Origin: Clostridia bacterium
Lineage (GTDB): Bacteria > Bacillota > Clostridia > Oscillospirales > CAG-272
Assembly: GCA_017936565.1 (NCBI GenBank)
Contig: JAGBFG010000043.1
Coordinates: 91,993-155,992, forward strand
Reading direction: 5' to 3'
Length of the DNA: 64,000 nucleotides
Shown here: piece after piece, positions 45,851-55,695 of the stretch
Position numbering within the stretch: position 1 is the first letter of the stretch
How the letters are laid out: every line of letters starts with the position of its first letter
The notes under the pieces: generated by a model
Told to the model about the DNA's origin: nothing
The model's input: only the letters and a program-made list of their open reading frames with translations
The model's database searches: none
Position numbers and translations under genes: made by a program

Positions 45851-46048
45851 ATTTGCGCTCCTAAAAACTTTTTTGCATTTTTTTCATTTTCTACACTTTT
45901 CCCTCTTGACACCTTTTTTTGCTATTTTTGGCGACAAAAAAGCTTTCCAAAAGCGGAAAAATCGGTGTTTTCCCCAAGCGCTACCTCTTGGCGCATCAAA
46001 AAGCCCCCCTTTTTTGCGGGCAGAAGCAAAAAACGCGAAAGGATTGCT

Positions 46049-46795
46049 ATGAAAGACACAAGATTTGAGAGAACGGAGCTTCTCTTTGGCGAAAAGTCCA
46101 CCTCTATTTTTCAAAAGGCGCACGTTGCCGTTTTCGGCTTGGGGGGGGTTGGCTCTTTTCTGACCGAGGCATTGGCACGTATGGGAATTGGCAGGCTTTC
46201 TCTCTTTGACGGGGACGTTTATACAAAGAGCAACCTCAACCGCCAGCTGTACGCTCTGCCGCAAAGCATAGGTCAGTTAAAAACCGAGGTTGCAAAGGAG
46301 CGCATCGCGGCTCTGAATGAAAAAATAGAGGTCTTTACCCACCCTGTTTTTCTGACCAAGGAAAACGTATACGATATTGACTTTTCTGCCTTTGATTATA
46401 TTGCCGATGCGATAGACACCGTCAGCGTGAAGATTGAGCTGGCAGTCATTGCCCAAAGGCTTGGCATTCCTATCATTTCCGCTATGGGTGCGGGAAACAA
46501 AACGGACCCCACCGCCTTTCGCGTTGCCGACATTTACGAAACCAAGGTTTGCCCCTTGGCGCGCCTGATGCGTACAGAGCTACGCAAAAGAGGGGTTGCA
46601 TCCTGTCGGGTGGTGTATTCCGAGGAGCCGCCAAGAGCGCCCCTTTGCCAAGAGCCCGCAAGGGAAAAAGCGAACGGGCAAAAGCCCAAGACCCCCAAAA
46701 AAGCCCCCCTCGGCTCTTGCAGCTTTGTGCCGTCCGCTGCGGGACTCATTATGGCGGCAGAGGTCAGCAAGGGGCTCTTGCAAAAGGGTGTATAA
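46049..46795 (+). CDS. tcdA: tRNA threonylcarbamoyladenosine dehydratase (ThiF/HesA-family E1-like)
   Basis: RT..L.G......L....V.V.GLGGVGS...EALAR.G.G.L.L.D.D.....N.NRQ pattern. ATG at 46049. Confidence 0.8.
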   Translation: MKDTRFERTELLFGEKSTSIFQKAHVAVFGLGGVGSFLTEALARMGIGRLSLFDGDVYTKSNLNRQLYALPQSIGQLKTEVAKERIAALNEKIEVFTHPVFLTKENVYDIDFSAFDYIADAIDTVSVKIELAVIAQRLGIPIISAMGAGNKTDPTAFRVADIYETKVCPLARLMRTELRKRGVASCRVVYSEEPPRAPLCQEPAREKANGQKPKTPKKAPLGSCSFVPSAAGLIMAAEVSKGLLQKGV

Positions 46796-46831
46796 TTTTC
46801 AAATTAGTCACACAGTTCGACAAAAAAACGG

Positions 46832-46860
46832 TTGCATACAACCTCTCCCTGTGGTATAAT
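46832..46860 (+). promoter_or_regulatory. Sigma-A-type promoter for secA
   Basis: TTGCAT, 17 nt, TGgTATAAT. The leader is about 85 nt and contains a hairpin. Confidence 0.65.
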
Positions 46861-46949
46861 GATATAGTTATAAGGATAAGAAAAATGCCTTAGGCGCAAC
46901 GGCTTTCCGCCTTAAAGCCCCAAGGCTAATCCAGAAAGGATTTTATATT

Positions 46950-49673
46950 ATGGGCTTATTTCAAAAAATATTCGGCACGTACAGCGAAAAGCAGATTAAG
47001 CGCATTCGCCCGTTGGCTGAGGCGATTGAGGCATTGGAAGACGAATATAAGCAAAAAAGCGACGAGGAATTAAAGCAAGAAACACAGACTCTGCGCGCGC
47101 GCTTGGCAAATGGAGAAACTGAGGACGATATTTTGCCCGAGGCGTTTGCTACCGTGCGCGAGGCAGATGCCAGAGTCCTTGGCAAGCGCCCCTTCTTTGT
47201 GCAGCTGCTTGGCGGCATTTTGCTTCATCAGGGGCGCGTTGCCGAGATGAAAACGGGTGAGGGAAAGACCTTGGTCGCCACCCTGCCTGCGTACCTCAAC
47301 GCCCTTTCGGGAAAAGGCGTTCATATCGTCACGGTCAACGACTATTTAGCACGCAGAGACAGCGAGGAAATGGGTCGTGTTTACGCCTTTTTGGGAATGA
47401 CAACGGGGCTTGTCGTTCACGGTCAGACCCAAGAGGAAAAGAAAAAAGCCTATGCCGCCGATATCACCTACGGCACGAACAACGAGTTTGGCTTTGATTA
47501 TCTGCGTGATAATATGGCGCTTTATAAGGAAAATATGGTGCAAAGAGGACAGCACTTTGCCATTGTCGACGAGGTTGACTCCATTTTGATTGACGAGGCG
47601 CGTACCCCCTTGATTATTTCGGGACACGGCGACAAATCCTCTGACTTATATACCGAGGCTGAACGCTTTGCCAAGCGGTTAAAGAAGCTGGTTATCAAGG
47701 AAACCGACAGCAAAGAGGATATGGACGACGTAAACGCCGACTACATTGTGGACGAAAAGGCAAAAACCGTCGTCTTGACCAAGAGCGGCATTGCCAAGGC
47801 AGAGTCCTTCTTCAAGCTCGAAAACCTCTCCGACCCCGAAAACAATGAAATCGTTCATCACATCAACCAAGCCATTCGCGCCCACGGCATTATGAAAAGG
47901 GATATTGACTACGTCGTTAAGGACGGCAAGGCTATCATTGTGGACGCTTTTACGGGGCGTCTGATGCCAGGTCGCCGTTACAACAACGGTCTTCACCAGG
48001 CAATAGAGGCAAAGGAAGGCATTGACGTGCAAAGAGAGTCAAGAACCCTTGCCACTATCACCTTCCAAAACTATTTCCGTATGTATAAAAAGCTGTCGGG
48101 TATGACAGGTACAGCGCTTACCGAGGACAATGAATTTAAGGAAATCTATGCCTTGGACGTGGTGGAGGTTCCCACCAACCGCCCTATGATCCGTATAGAC
48201 CATAATGATATGGTGTTCAGCACCGTCAGAGGCAAGGAAGCGGCAATTATCGAGCAAATCAAAACCTGTCACGCCAAGGGACAGCCCGTTTTGGTGGGTA
48301 CTGTTTCTATCGAAAAATCCGAGCATCTCTCTTCTATGTTGAAGGGAGCGGGTATTCCCCATACCGTTCTGAACGCCAAGTATCACGAGCGCGAGGCAGA
48401 AATCGTTGCCCAAGCGGGTAAGATGGGTGCGGTCACCATTTCCACCAATATGGCAGGACGCGGAACGGATATTATGCTGGGCGGCAACGCCGAATATATG
48501 GCAAAGGCGGATATGCGCCGCCGCGGCATTGAAGAGGAAATCATTGCCGAGGCAAACGGATTTTCTTCCACCGACAACGAAGAGCTCTTGGAGGCCAGAA
48601 GGCTTTTTGCGGAGCTTTATGAAAAATATAAGGCGCAAATCGCCCCCGAGGCAGAAAAGGTAAGAGAAGCCGGCGGGCTTTTCATTCTCGGCACGGAGCG
48701 GCACGAATCCCGCCGTATCGATAACCAGCTGCGCGGACGCTCGGGCAGACAAGGAGACCCCGGTGAATCCTGCTTCTTCCTTTCCTTGCAGGATGACCTG
48801 ATGCGGCTCTTTGGCAGTGATCGCATCGCGGGCGTGGTCGGGCGGCTCGGGCTTGAAGAAACCACCCCCATCAACGCTTCTATTTTGTCAGGCTCTATTG
48901 AAACGGCGCAAAAGCGCATTGAGGACCAGAACTTCTCCGTCAGAAAACGGGTTTTGGAATATGACAACGTAATGAACGAGCAAAGAAACGTCATTTACGG
49001 TCAAAGAATGCAGGTGCTTTGCGGAGAGGATTTGCACCCCACCATTCAGAAAATGGTGGAAAACTCCGTTCGCGCCGCCGTTTTCACCTTCCTTGGTACA
49101 GACAAGGAGACTTGGAACCTGCAAGGGCTCAGAGAGCATTATAACGGCATTCTGCTTCCCCCTGACCGTCTTGACGAGGCAAAAACCGAAGAAGAGGTTG
49201 TCGAGCAGCTCTTGGAAAGAGCCGACGCCGTCTTTGCTGAAAAGCGGGCGCTTTTCGGCGAGGAAACCTTTGGTGAGGTGGAAAGAGCCATTCTCTTGCG
49301 CAACGTTGACCGCAACTGGATGGACTTCTTGGACGAAATGGACGACTTAAAGGAGTCCGTTGGACTGAATGGCTACGCCCAAAGAAACCCCATCACCGAA
49401 TACCGCATTCAGGGCGGACAAATGTTTGAAAATATGGTCGAGAACATTCAAGAGCAGACCGTGGGCGCTGTTTTGACGGTTGTGCCGCGTCAAGAGGTGC
49501 GCCGTGTTGCCGTGGCGAAGGAAACCACCGCGCAAGCCGCGTCTGCGGGCGCTTCCAAGGCGAGACCCGTCAAGGCGCAAAAGACTCCCGGCAGAAACGA
49601 CCCCTGCCCCTGCGGAAGTGGAAAACGATATAAGGAGTGTTGTGGGGCGAACCCCAACCTGTTGAAAAAGTAA
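46950..49673 (+). CDS. secA: Preprotein translocase ATPase SecA
   Basis: 907 aa. DEAD motor (MKTGEGKTL, DEVDSILIDEARTPLIISG) and the C-terminal zinc finger CPCGSGKRYKECCG. Confidence 0.96.
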   Translation: MGLFQKIFGTYSEKQIKRIRPLAEAIEALEDEYKQKSDEELKQETQTLRARLANGETEDDILPEAFATVREADARVLGKRPFFVQLLGGILLHQGRVAEMKTGEGKTLVATLPAYLNALSGKGVHIVTVNDYLARRDSEEMGRVYAFLGMTTGLVVHGQTQEEKKKAYAADITYGTNNEFGFDYLRDNMALYKENMVQRGQHFAIVDEVDSILIDEARTPLIISGHGDKSSDLYTEAERFAKRLKKLVIKETDSKEDMDDVNADYIVDEKAKTVVLTKSGIAKAESFFKLENLSDPENNEIVHHINQAIRAHGIMKRDIDYVVKDGKAIIVDAFTGRLMPGRRYNNGLHQAIEAKEGIDVQRESRTLATITFQNYFRMYKKLSGMTGTALTEDNEFKEIYALDVVEVPTNRPMIRIDHNDMVFSTVRGKEAAIIEQIKTCHAKGQPVLVGTVSIEKSEHLSSMLKGAGIPHTVLNAKYHEREAEIVAQAGKMGAVTISTNMAGRGTDIMLGGNAEYMAKADMRRRGIEEEIIAEANGFSSTDNEELLEARRLFAELYEKYKAQIAPEAEKVREAGGLFILGTERHESRRIDNQLRGRSGRQGDPGESCFFLSLQDDLMRLFGSDRIAGVVGRLGLEETTPINASILSGSIETAQKRIEDQNFSVRKRVLEYDNVMNEQRNVIYGQRMQVLCGEDLHPTIQKMVENSVRAAVFTFLGTDKETWNLQGLREHYNGILLPPDRLDEAKTEEEVVEQLLERADAVFAEKRALFGEETFGEVERAILLRNVDRNWMDFLDEMDDLKESVGLNGYAQRNPITEYRIQGGQMFENMVENIQEQTVGAVLTVVPRQEVRRVAVAKETTAQAASAGASKARPVKAQKTPGRNDPCPCGSGKRYKECCGANPNLLKK

Positions 49674-50368
49674 TGGGCTTTGGATTTTTATTTGTTGGCT
49701 ATTTGCTGACCTTCAATATTGCTTACTCCTCTTATACCGACATCTTTGCCTTTCTTTTGATGCTTCTTGGACTTTCCACCCTTTCCCGCTATGCCAAGAG
49801 CTTTCGCTCGGCGCTTTTTGCGGGCATTCCCACCGCGGCGCTTTCCTTGGTGCTTTTCGGCGAGAGAATAGGAGTTTTGCTTGGCTTTTGGGCAGAAAGC
49901 GCCGCCTTTCTTTCCTATACGGGCATTGTCGCTTCTCTGTGCAAGGTCGTCTTTCTCTGCTTCGTGTTGCAGGGGGTGGCGGAGATTGCCGAGGAAACCG
50001 ATATCCCCGTTTTGCGCCTGCGAGCCCTTCGCAACCGCATCTTTACCCTGCTCTTCTTGGCGTTTGACTTTCTTTTAGAGTCGGGCGTGTTTGAGCGGCT
50101 GAGCGTTTTTCTCGCTCTTTTGACCGTCATTTACCTGCTTTACGGGTTGGTTTACACCTTCCTGAACGCCAAGCTGTTTTTTGAATGCTATATCTGGATT
50201 TGCTTAGAGGGGGACGAGGAAATGTCCCGCGCGCCCTCTCGCTTTGCCTTTATCAATAAGCTTCGCGCCTGGGAGGACAAGCAGGACGAAAAAACCCTCG
50301 CCCGCAAGCAAGAAGCGGCAAGAGAAAGGCAAGCGCGCAAGGAAGCCCGAAGCAGTAAAAGAAAATAA
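49673..50368 (+). CDS. Hypothetical polytopic membrane protein with a basic C-terminal tail
   Basis: ATG overlaps the secA stop (TAATG). About 6 TM helices. The N-terminal module resembles modules in the next gene. Confidence 0.5.
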   Translation: MGFGFLFVGYLLTFNIAYSSYTDIFAFLLMLLGLSTLSRYAKSFRSALFAGIPTAALSLVLFGERIGVLLGFWAESAAFLSYTGIVASLCKVVFLCFVLQGVAEIAEETDIPVLRLRALRNRIFTLLFLAFDFLLESGVFERLSVFLALLTVIYLLYGLVYTFLNAKLFFECYIWICLEGDEEMSRAPSRFAFINKLRAWEDKQDEKTLARKQEAARERQARKEARSSKRK

Positions 50369-50454
50369 TCTTTTCGCTTCATACCGTGAATTTTTGTAAA
50401 ATTCCGCTTCGCCGTATCTTTCTATTTTGCCTACCAAGAAAGGATGATACTTTT

Positions 50455-51885
50455 ATGTCCCGTTCCAAAAAGCCTCTTCTTTCCTTATCCTATCTTTCAG
50501 TTGGCTTTCTGTTTCTTTGCAACCCTAATATATCCATCTTTGATATTTTGCCTGATGCTGTCGGCTATTTTTTTATTGTTGCCGCCATTACGGATATGTC
50601 CGACCTCAACCATTATTTTGCCGAGGCAAAAAAGCGCTTCTTGTATCTTGCCTGGCTGAACGTCGGTAAGGTCCTCGCCCTTTTTCTGCTTCTGCGGATT
50701 TTGGCGATAAACGCCGACCAAACGGCTATGATATCCGTTTTTTCCTTGGGCTTTGCCGTTGTGGAATGCCTTTTCATCTTTCCTGCCATATCCGCGCTTT
50801 GGACAGGCTTTTCCTATATCGGCGAGAGGGACGGTATTTTATCGGTCCTGCCGCCCTTAAAAAATCTCTTCCCGTACAGCTATCTCTTTTTCGCCATCAA
50901 GCATTTCGGCTCCTTTTTGCCGGAGCTGGTGCTTGCTTCCGTTGGGCATCTCAATTCCTTTGAAAATGCCACCTTCCAGCCGATGAAGCTTTACCCGCTT
51001 TTGCTCTTTTTGGCATTTGTCGCCGTGCTTGTTGTGGGTATTTATTGGCTTGGGCTTTGTCGCGCTTATCTCAAAGCGCTCAAAGAAAACGAGGACTTCT
51101 CTCTTTACTTGACCGAAAAGGAAGAAAAAAATGAGCGCGTTTTGAAGGCAGGGCGCTTTTTCCGTCAGAAAAGCCGCGTTCTATTCGTCCTTCTTGCCGC
51201 TTTTCTCTTAGGCGTTGATTTTATCATCAACCAGAACAACCTGTTGCCCGACGCGCTTTGCGGCGTTTGCTTCTTGCTCTTCTTCCTTCTTGTACGCAAG
51301 GAGGACAAAAGCGCCAAATGGGGCATTTACGCCTCTCTCTCTTACACCCTCTCTTCCCTTGCCTTTTCCATTTTTCAGTATATATACACACTTTCCTATG
51401 ACTATACCGCCGCCTCGTACGTGCGCAAGGCAGCGCGGCTTTATTCCTTTATCAAGGTATCGGCAGTGTGGGAAGCGGTTTCCCTCGCCTTCGTGTTGCT
51501 TTTGCTGTATCGGGTTCTTTCCCTTTGGATTAACAAGCATACAGGTCTTTCCTTGGAAACAGAGCAAAGCGTCTTTACCCCATCCGCTCTGCAAAGGGAG
51601 CTGAGGAAAAAGAATAAAATCTTGTTGACCTTGGGCTTTTTGCCCGCCCTCTTTCACGTAATAGAGGTCTTCCTTTTGAGCATCACTCTTCGCCATATCG
51701 TGACCGAGGAAGAAGCAAACGCCTTTTATCACGAGGGACAGGTGCTGTATTTCTCGCGCTTTGAGGGCTCCTTTTGGATAACGCTCGTGCTCTCGCTGAT
51801 TTGGATTGTATACGGGCTTCTCTTCATTCTTCGCCTGCGCGAGGAAATGCGAATGAAATACTGCGATTTTATAGATAACACTTGA
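50455..51885 (+). CDS. Hypothetical polytopic membrane protein (internally duplicated, related to 49673-50368)
   Basis: SD AAGAAAGGA precedes the ATG. The motif N.N....D(I/L)LPDA.G occurs at roughly residue 25 and again at roughly residue 280. About 12 TM helices. Confidence 0.5.
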   Translation: MSRSKKPLLSLSYLSVGFLFLCNPNISIFDILPDAVGYFFIVAAITDMSDLNHYFAEAKKRFLYLAWLNVGKVLALFLLLRILAINADQTAMISVFSLGFAVVECLFIFPAISALWTGFSYIGERDGILSVLPPLKNLFPYSYLFFAIKHFGSFLPELVLASVGHLNSFENATFQPMKLYPLLLFLAFVAVLVVGIYWLGLCRAYLKALKENEDFSLYLTEKEEKNERVLKAGRFFRQKSRVLFVLLAAFLLGVDFIINQNNLLPDALCGVCFLLFFLLVRKEDKSAKWGIYASLSYTLSSLAFSIFQYIYTLSYDYTAASYVRKAARLYSFIKVSAVWEAVSLAFVLLLLYRVLSLWINKHTGLSLETEQSVFTPSALQRELRKKNKILLTLGFLPALFHVIEVFLLSITLRHIVTEEEANAFYHEGQVLYFSRFEGSFWITLVLSLIWIVYGLLFILRLREEMRMKYCDFIDNT

Positions 51886-51911
51886 CAAAAACCGTCATTT
51901 AATGATATGAT
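51882..51911 (+). promoter_or_regulatory. Sigma-A-type promoter for the split transketolase genes
   Basis: TTGACA, 18 nt, TGaTATGAT. The -35 overlaps the stop codon of the upstream gene. Confidence 0.5.
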
Positions 51912-51962
51912 TATATGGGTAAATAAAAGAAAAAGTACAGACGCAGAAAGGCAGATACAGTT

Positions 51963-52781
51963 ATGGATAAAGAAACGCTATCGACTCTTGAGGGAACCGC
52001 CAAAAGAATTCGTCGCGGCATTATCGAGGGAGTCTATCACGCCAAATCGGGTCACCCCGGCGGCTCGCTTTCCATTGCGGATATTTTGGCATATCTTTAC
52101 ACCAAGGAAATGCATATAAACCCCCAAAATCCCAAGGACGACACAAGAGACAGACTCGTGCTTTCCAAAGGGCATACCGCCCCTGCCTTGTACGCCACTC
52201 TGGCAGAATGCGGATTTTTCTCGCCCGAGGAGCTTAAAACCCTGCGTAAAATAGACGGGCGCTTACAGGGGCATCCCGACATGAAAAACATTCCCGGCGT
52301 GGATATGACGACAGGCTCGCTTGGTCTTGGTATCTCCGCTGCCTGCGGTATGGCTCTTGTGGGCAAAACCGAGCAGAAGGATTACCGTGTATATGCCGTC
52401 GTTGGTGACGGTGAAAGCGAAGAGGGGCAGGTTTGGGAAGCTTCTATGTTTGCTTCTCATTACAAGCTTTCCAATCTCTGCGTGATTTTGGACTGGAACG
52501 GCTTGCAAATCGACGGACCTGTGGAAAAGGTTATGAACCCCACTCCCCACGACAAAAAGCTTGAAGCCTTCGGCTTCAATGTCATTTCCATTGACGGGCA
52601 CGATTTTGAACAAATAGAAGCGGCCTTCACCGCGGCAAAAGCCTGCACGGACCGCCCCACCGCTATCATCGCCAAAACCGTAAAGGGCAAGGGCGTTTCC
52701 TTTATGGAAAATCAGGTGGGCTGGCACGGTAAAGCGCCAAATGAGGAAGAATATCTGCTTGCCTTAAAGGAACTGCAATAA
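51963..52781 (+). CDS. tktA: Transketolase, N-terminal (TPP-binding) subunit
   Basis: SGHPGGSLS...GDGE..EGQVWEA, typical of split transketolase subunit A. Confidence 0.9.
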   Translation: MDKETLSTLEGTAKRIRRGIIEGVYHAKSGHPGGSLSIADILAYLYTKEMHINPQNPKDDTRDRLVLSKGHTAPALYATLAECGFFSPEELKTLRKIDGRLQGHPDMKNIPGVDMTTGSLGLGISAACGMALVGKTEQKDYRVYAVVGDGESEEGQVWEASMFASHYKLSNLCVILDWNGLQIDGPVEKVMNPTPHDKKLEAFGFNVISIDGHDFEQIEAAFTAAKACTDRPTAIIAKTVKGKGVSFMENQVGWHGKAPNEEEYLLALKELQ

Positions 52782-52874
52782 TCGGCGCAAAAGCCATTTT
52801 CGGCAACGGTGTTTGTTGCATTTATCAACGTCACAAGAAAGGAAGCTTTTGCGACGCAAAAGCCATCAATAACA

Positions 52875-53810
52875 ATGGAAAAGAAAGCAACAAGAGAAAG
52901 TTACGGCGCCGCCTTGGCGGCTCTTGGCGAGAAATATGATTTTTACGTGCTTGACGCGGACTTGGCGGCTGCCACCAAAACGTCCGTTTTCGCCAAAAAA
53001 TATCCCGAGCGCTTCTTCAACTGCGGTATCGCGGAAGGAAATATGATGAGCGTCGCCGCGGGCATCGCCGCGGCAGGCAAAACGGTTTTTGCCAGCTCCT
53101 TTGCTATGTTCGCCGCAGGCAGAGCCTTTGAGCAAATCAGAAACTCTATCGGCTATCCTCATTTGAACGTTAAAATCGGCGCAACCCACGCGGGAATTAC
53201 CGTGGGTGAGGACGGCGCTACCCACCAATGCAATGAGGACATCGCCTTGATGCGCACCATTCCCGGTATGGTGATTTTGAATCCTGCTGACGATGTAGAG
53301 GCTACTGCCGCGGTAGAAGCCGCTATCAAGCACACAGGACCCGTGTATTTGCGCTTTGGCAGATGCGCCGCCCCCATTTTCAACGGAGCGGATTACAAGT
53401 TTGAGCTTGGCAAGGGCGTCACCTTAAAGGACGGCGCTGACGTGACGGTAGTTGCCACGGGCTTTATGGTGCATATCGCCATGGAAGCCGCCGAAATGCT
53501 TGAAAAGGAAGGCATTTCTGCCCGTGTGCTCAACATTCACACCATTAAACCCATAGACGACGCTCTGCTTATCAAGGCAGCTAAGGAAACAGGCGCCTTG
53601 GTAACGGCTGAGGAGCATTCCGTCATTGGCGGCTTGGGAAGCGCGGTAGCAGAGGTCGTTTCCGCCGCTTGCCCTGTTCCCGTTTTACGTGTCGGCGTTG
53701 AGGACACCTACGGGCGCTCGGGAACCGTTCCTGCGCTTCTTGAAGCATACGGCTTGACCAAGGAGCATATCTATCAGAAAGCCAAGGAAGCCATTTCCTT
53801 AAAGAAATAA
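52875..53810 (+). CDS. tktB: Transketolase, C-terminal (pyrimidine-binding) subunit
   Basis: ATRESYG...GIAEGNM...GATH.G..VGEDG.TH. ATG at 52875. Adjacent to the N-terminal subunit. Confidence 0.9.
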   Translation: MEKKATRESYGAALAALGEKYDFYVLDADLAAATKTSVFAKKYPERFFNCGIAEGNMMSVAAGIAAAGKTVFASSFAMFAAGRAFEQIRNSIGYPHLNVKIGATHAGITVGEDGATHQCNEDIALMRTIPGMVILNPADDVEATAAVEAAIKHTGPVYLRFGRCAAPIFNGADYKFELGKGVTLKDGADVTVVATGFMVHIAMEAAEMLEKEGISARVLNIHTIKPIDDALLIKAAKETGALVTAEEHSVIGGLGSAVAEVVSAACPVPVLRVGVEDTYGRSGTVPALLEAYGLTKEHIYQKAKEAISLKK

Positions 53811-53888
53811 AAAGTGGGGCTGGCGCCTTTCGACCTATACCCAAGAGCGCCCGCCCTTTTCTCTTACTTTCACCGATAAGGAGTCCTT

Positions 53889-54890
53889 ATGAAACGTTTT
53901 TTACTGCCCGAAGGAAAAGGGTACAAAGCCAATTTGCACTGTCATACAACTGTTTCCGATGGCAAGAAGACCCCCTCGGAAATCAAGAAAATGTATCAGG
54001 AGCAGGGCTATTCCATCGTGGCATTTACCGACCACGAGGTCTTGCTTGACCACGCGGATTTGTGCGATGAGCATTTTCTGGCATTGAACGGCTATGAAAC
54101 GTCCATCAAGGAAGAGCAGGTGTCCACAGACAGCCGCCCCTTGATGAGAGTGCATCATATCAATTTAATCAAAAGGCGCCCGCATGACACGGTGCAGGTC
54201 TGCTTTTTCCCCGAAAACTTCACGCCGGGTAACTGTGCCTCTTACCTTCCCTTCGTTCACTATACGGGTGATATTTGCCGCTATGAGTATTCCACGGCGT
54301 TTGTCAATCACTTAATAGAAGAGGCGCATAAGAACGGCTTTCTCGTTCACTATAACCACCCCCATTGGTCAGGACAGACGCCCGAGGATGTGCTGGCTCT
54401 TTCAGGGCTTGACGGCATAGAGCTGTTAAATACGGACACCTATTATTATGGTGACCGAAACGCCGCCTTTTACGGAGAATTGGCAAAGCGAGGCTTGCGC
54501 GCCTACGCCGTAGCGGGTGACGATAACCACAACGGCGAGAACGATGTCTTTGGCTGCTACACCGTTATCAAAGCCCCCTCTCTTGCTTATGAGGACGTCA
54601 CGGGTGCCTTGGCAAAGGGAAATGCCTATGCCTCAACGGGTGCGGAAATCAAATCTCTTTACGTGGAAAACGGTACCCTCTTCGTTCATACATCCCCTGC
54701 CGCCGCTATCGTTTTGTCAAGCGCCGGTAGAGAGCATTTTGAGGTAAAGGGCGTTGGCGGATACGTTGACCGCGCCGCCTTCCCGCTTGACTTTTCCCGA
54801 CTTGGTGGATTCTTCCGCGTTGAGGTGCATACCGCAAGTGGCAAGGCGGCATATTCCCGCGCCTATTACCCCGATGAAGTGATAGAATAA
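53889..54890 (+). CDS. PHP-domain metal-dependent phosphoesterase
   Basis: The LHCHTTVSDG...FTDHE pattern is typical of the PHP (polymerase/histidinol phosphatase) fold. Confidence 0.7.
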   Translation: MKRFLLPEGKGYKANLHCHTTVSDGKKTPSEIKKMYQEQGYSIVAFTDHEVLLDHADLCDEHFLALNGYETSIKEEQVSTDSRPLMRVHHINLIKRRPHDTVQVCFFPENFTPGNCASYLPFVHYTGDICRYEYSTAFVNHLIEEAHKNGFLVHYNHPHWSGQTPEDVLALSGLDGIELLNTDTYYYGDRNAAFYGELAKRGLRAYAVAGDDNHNGENDVFGCYTVIKAPSLAYEDVTGALAKGNAYASTGAEIKSLYVENGTLFVHTSPAAAIVLSSAGREHFEVKGVGGYVDRAAFPLDFSRLGGFFRVEVHTASGKAAYSRAYYPDEVIE

Positions 54891-54938
54891 ACATCTCTCT
54901 TTGAAAAAAGCAACCCTTATATACAATGGGAGAAATCT

Positions 54939-55610
54939 ATGCAAAAGAAGCGTTTTTATACCGAGCTTGCCTATATCATTGGGCTTCTCACCCTGGCTTT
55001 CAGCACCGCGATGATGACAAAGGCGGACTTCGGTCTTTCTATGGTCGTTGCCCCCGCTTACCTGCTTCACGCTAAGCTTTATCCCACTCTTCCCTTCTTC
55101 ACCTTCGGTATGGCGGAATATATTTTCCAAGCGGCTCTGCTGCTTTTGATGATATGTATTGTCCGCCGTTTCCGCGTGAAATATATTTTTGCCTTTGTCA
55201 CAGCCGTGCTGTACGGTCTTTTACTTGACCTTTCTCTTTCCGTGCTTTCCTTCCTACCAACCAATTTGTTGGCGGTGCGTATCCTTCTTTTCGTTGTGGG
55301 GCTTGTCGTCTGCTCCTTTGGCGTTGCCTGTATGTTCCATACCTATCTTGCGCCCGAGGTATACGAGCTCTTTGTGAAGGAAGTGTCGGACAGATATCAT
55401 TTTTCCATTTCCAAATGCAAAACCGTCTATGACTGTGCAAGCTGTCTTTTGGCTATTGTTCTTTCCTTTGCCTTTTTTGGCTTTGGCACCTTTATCGGCG
55501 TCAAATGGGGCACGGTTGTTTGCGCCTTAGTCAACGGCTTTTTGATTGGCCGCATTTCCGCTTTTCTCGAAAAGCATTTCTCCTTCGTGGACCTTTTGAA
55601 AAGAAAATAA
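54939..55610 (+). CDS. YczE/YitT-like (DUF6198-type) membrane protein
   Basis: Six-TM, 223-aa protein. The family assignment is from overall pattern only. Confidence 0.5.
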   Translation: MQKKRFYTELAYIIGLLTLAFSTAMMTKADFGLSMVVAPAYLLHAKLYPTLPFFTFGMAEYIFQAALLLLMICIVRRFRVKYIFAFVTAVLYGLLLDLSLSVLSFLPTNLLAVRILLFVVGLVVCSFGVACMFHTYLAPEVYELFVKEVSDRYHFSISKCKTVYDCASCLLAIVLSFAFFGFGTFIGVKWGTVVCALVNGFLIGRISAFLEKHFSFVDLLKRK

Positions 55611-55649
55611 AAAAGCGCGCCGTCATTTTCTGAGCGGCTTCTTACTTTT

Positions 55650-55688
55650 CAGTATGTAAAACCAGTATGTGAAATCAGTATGTGAAAG
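55650..55688 (+). repeat. Three tandem 13-bp direct repeats abutting the thrE SD/start
   Basis: cagtatgtaaaac, cagtatgtgaaat, cagtatgtgaaag (55650-62, 55663-75, 55676-88). Confidence 0.85.
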
Positions 55689-55695
55689 GAAGCAT

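Noticed and set aside
45279-45851. ORFs spanning the ygiQ-tcdA spacer: 45279-45851 (-), 45346-45780 (+) and 45884-46264 (-).
   Set aside because: They overlap the 3' end of ygiQ or the 5' end of tcdA, lack SD sequences, and encode low-complexity peptides. The region is better explained as non-coding DNA carrying DnaA boxes and repeats.
45751-45940. Calling the DnaA-box cluster the chromosomal origin of replication.
   Set aside because: No dnaA, dnaN, rpmH or other origin-linked genes are in the window. I could not identify DnaA-trio or canonical DUE repeats. I also could not compute GC skew. I kept it as a DnaA-box cluster with the origin as one hypothesis only.
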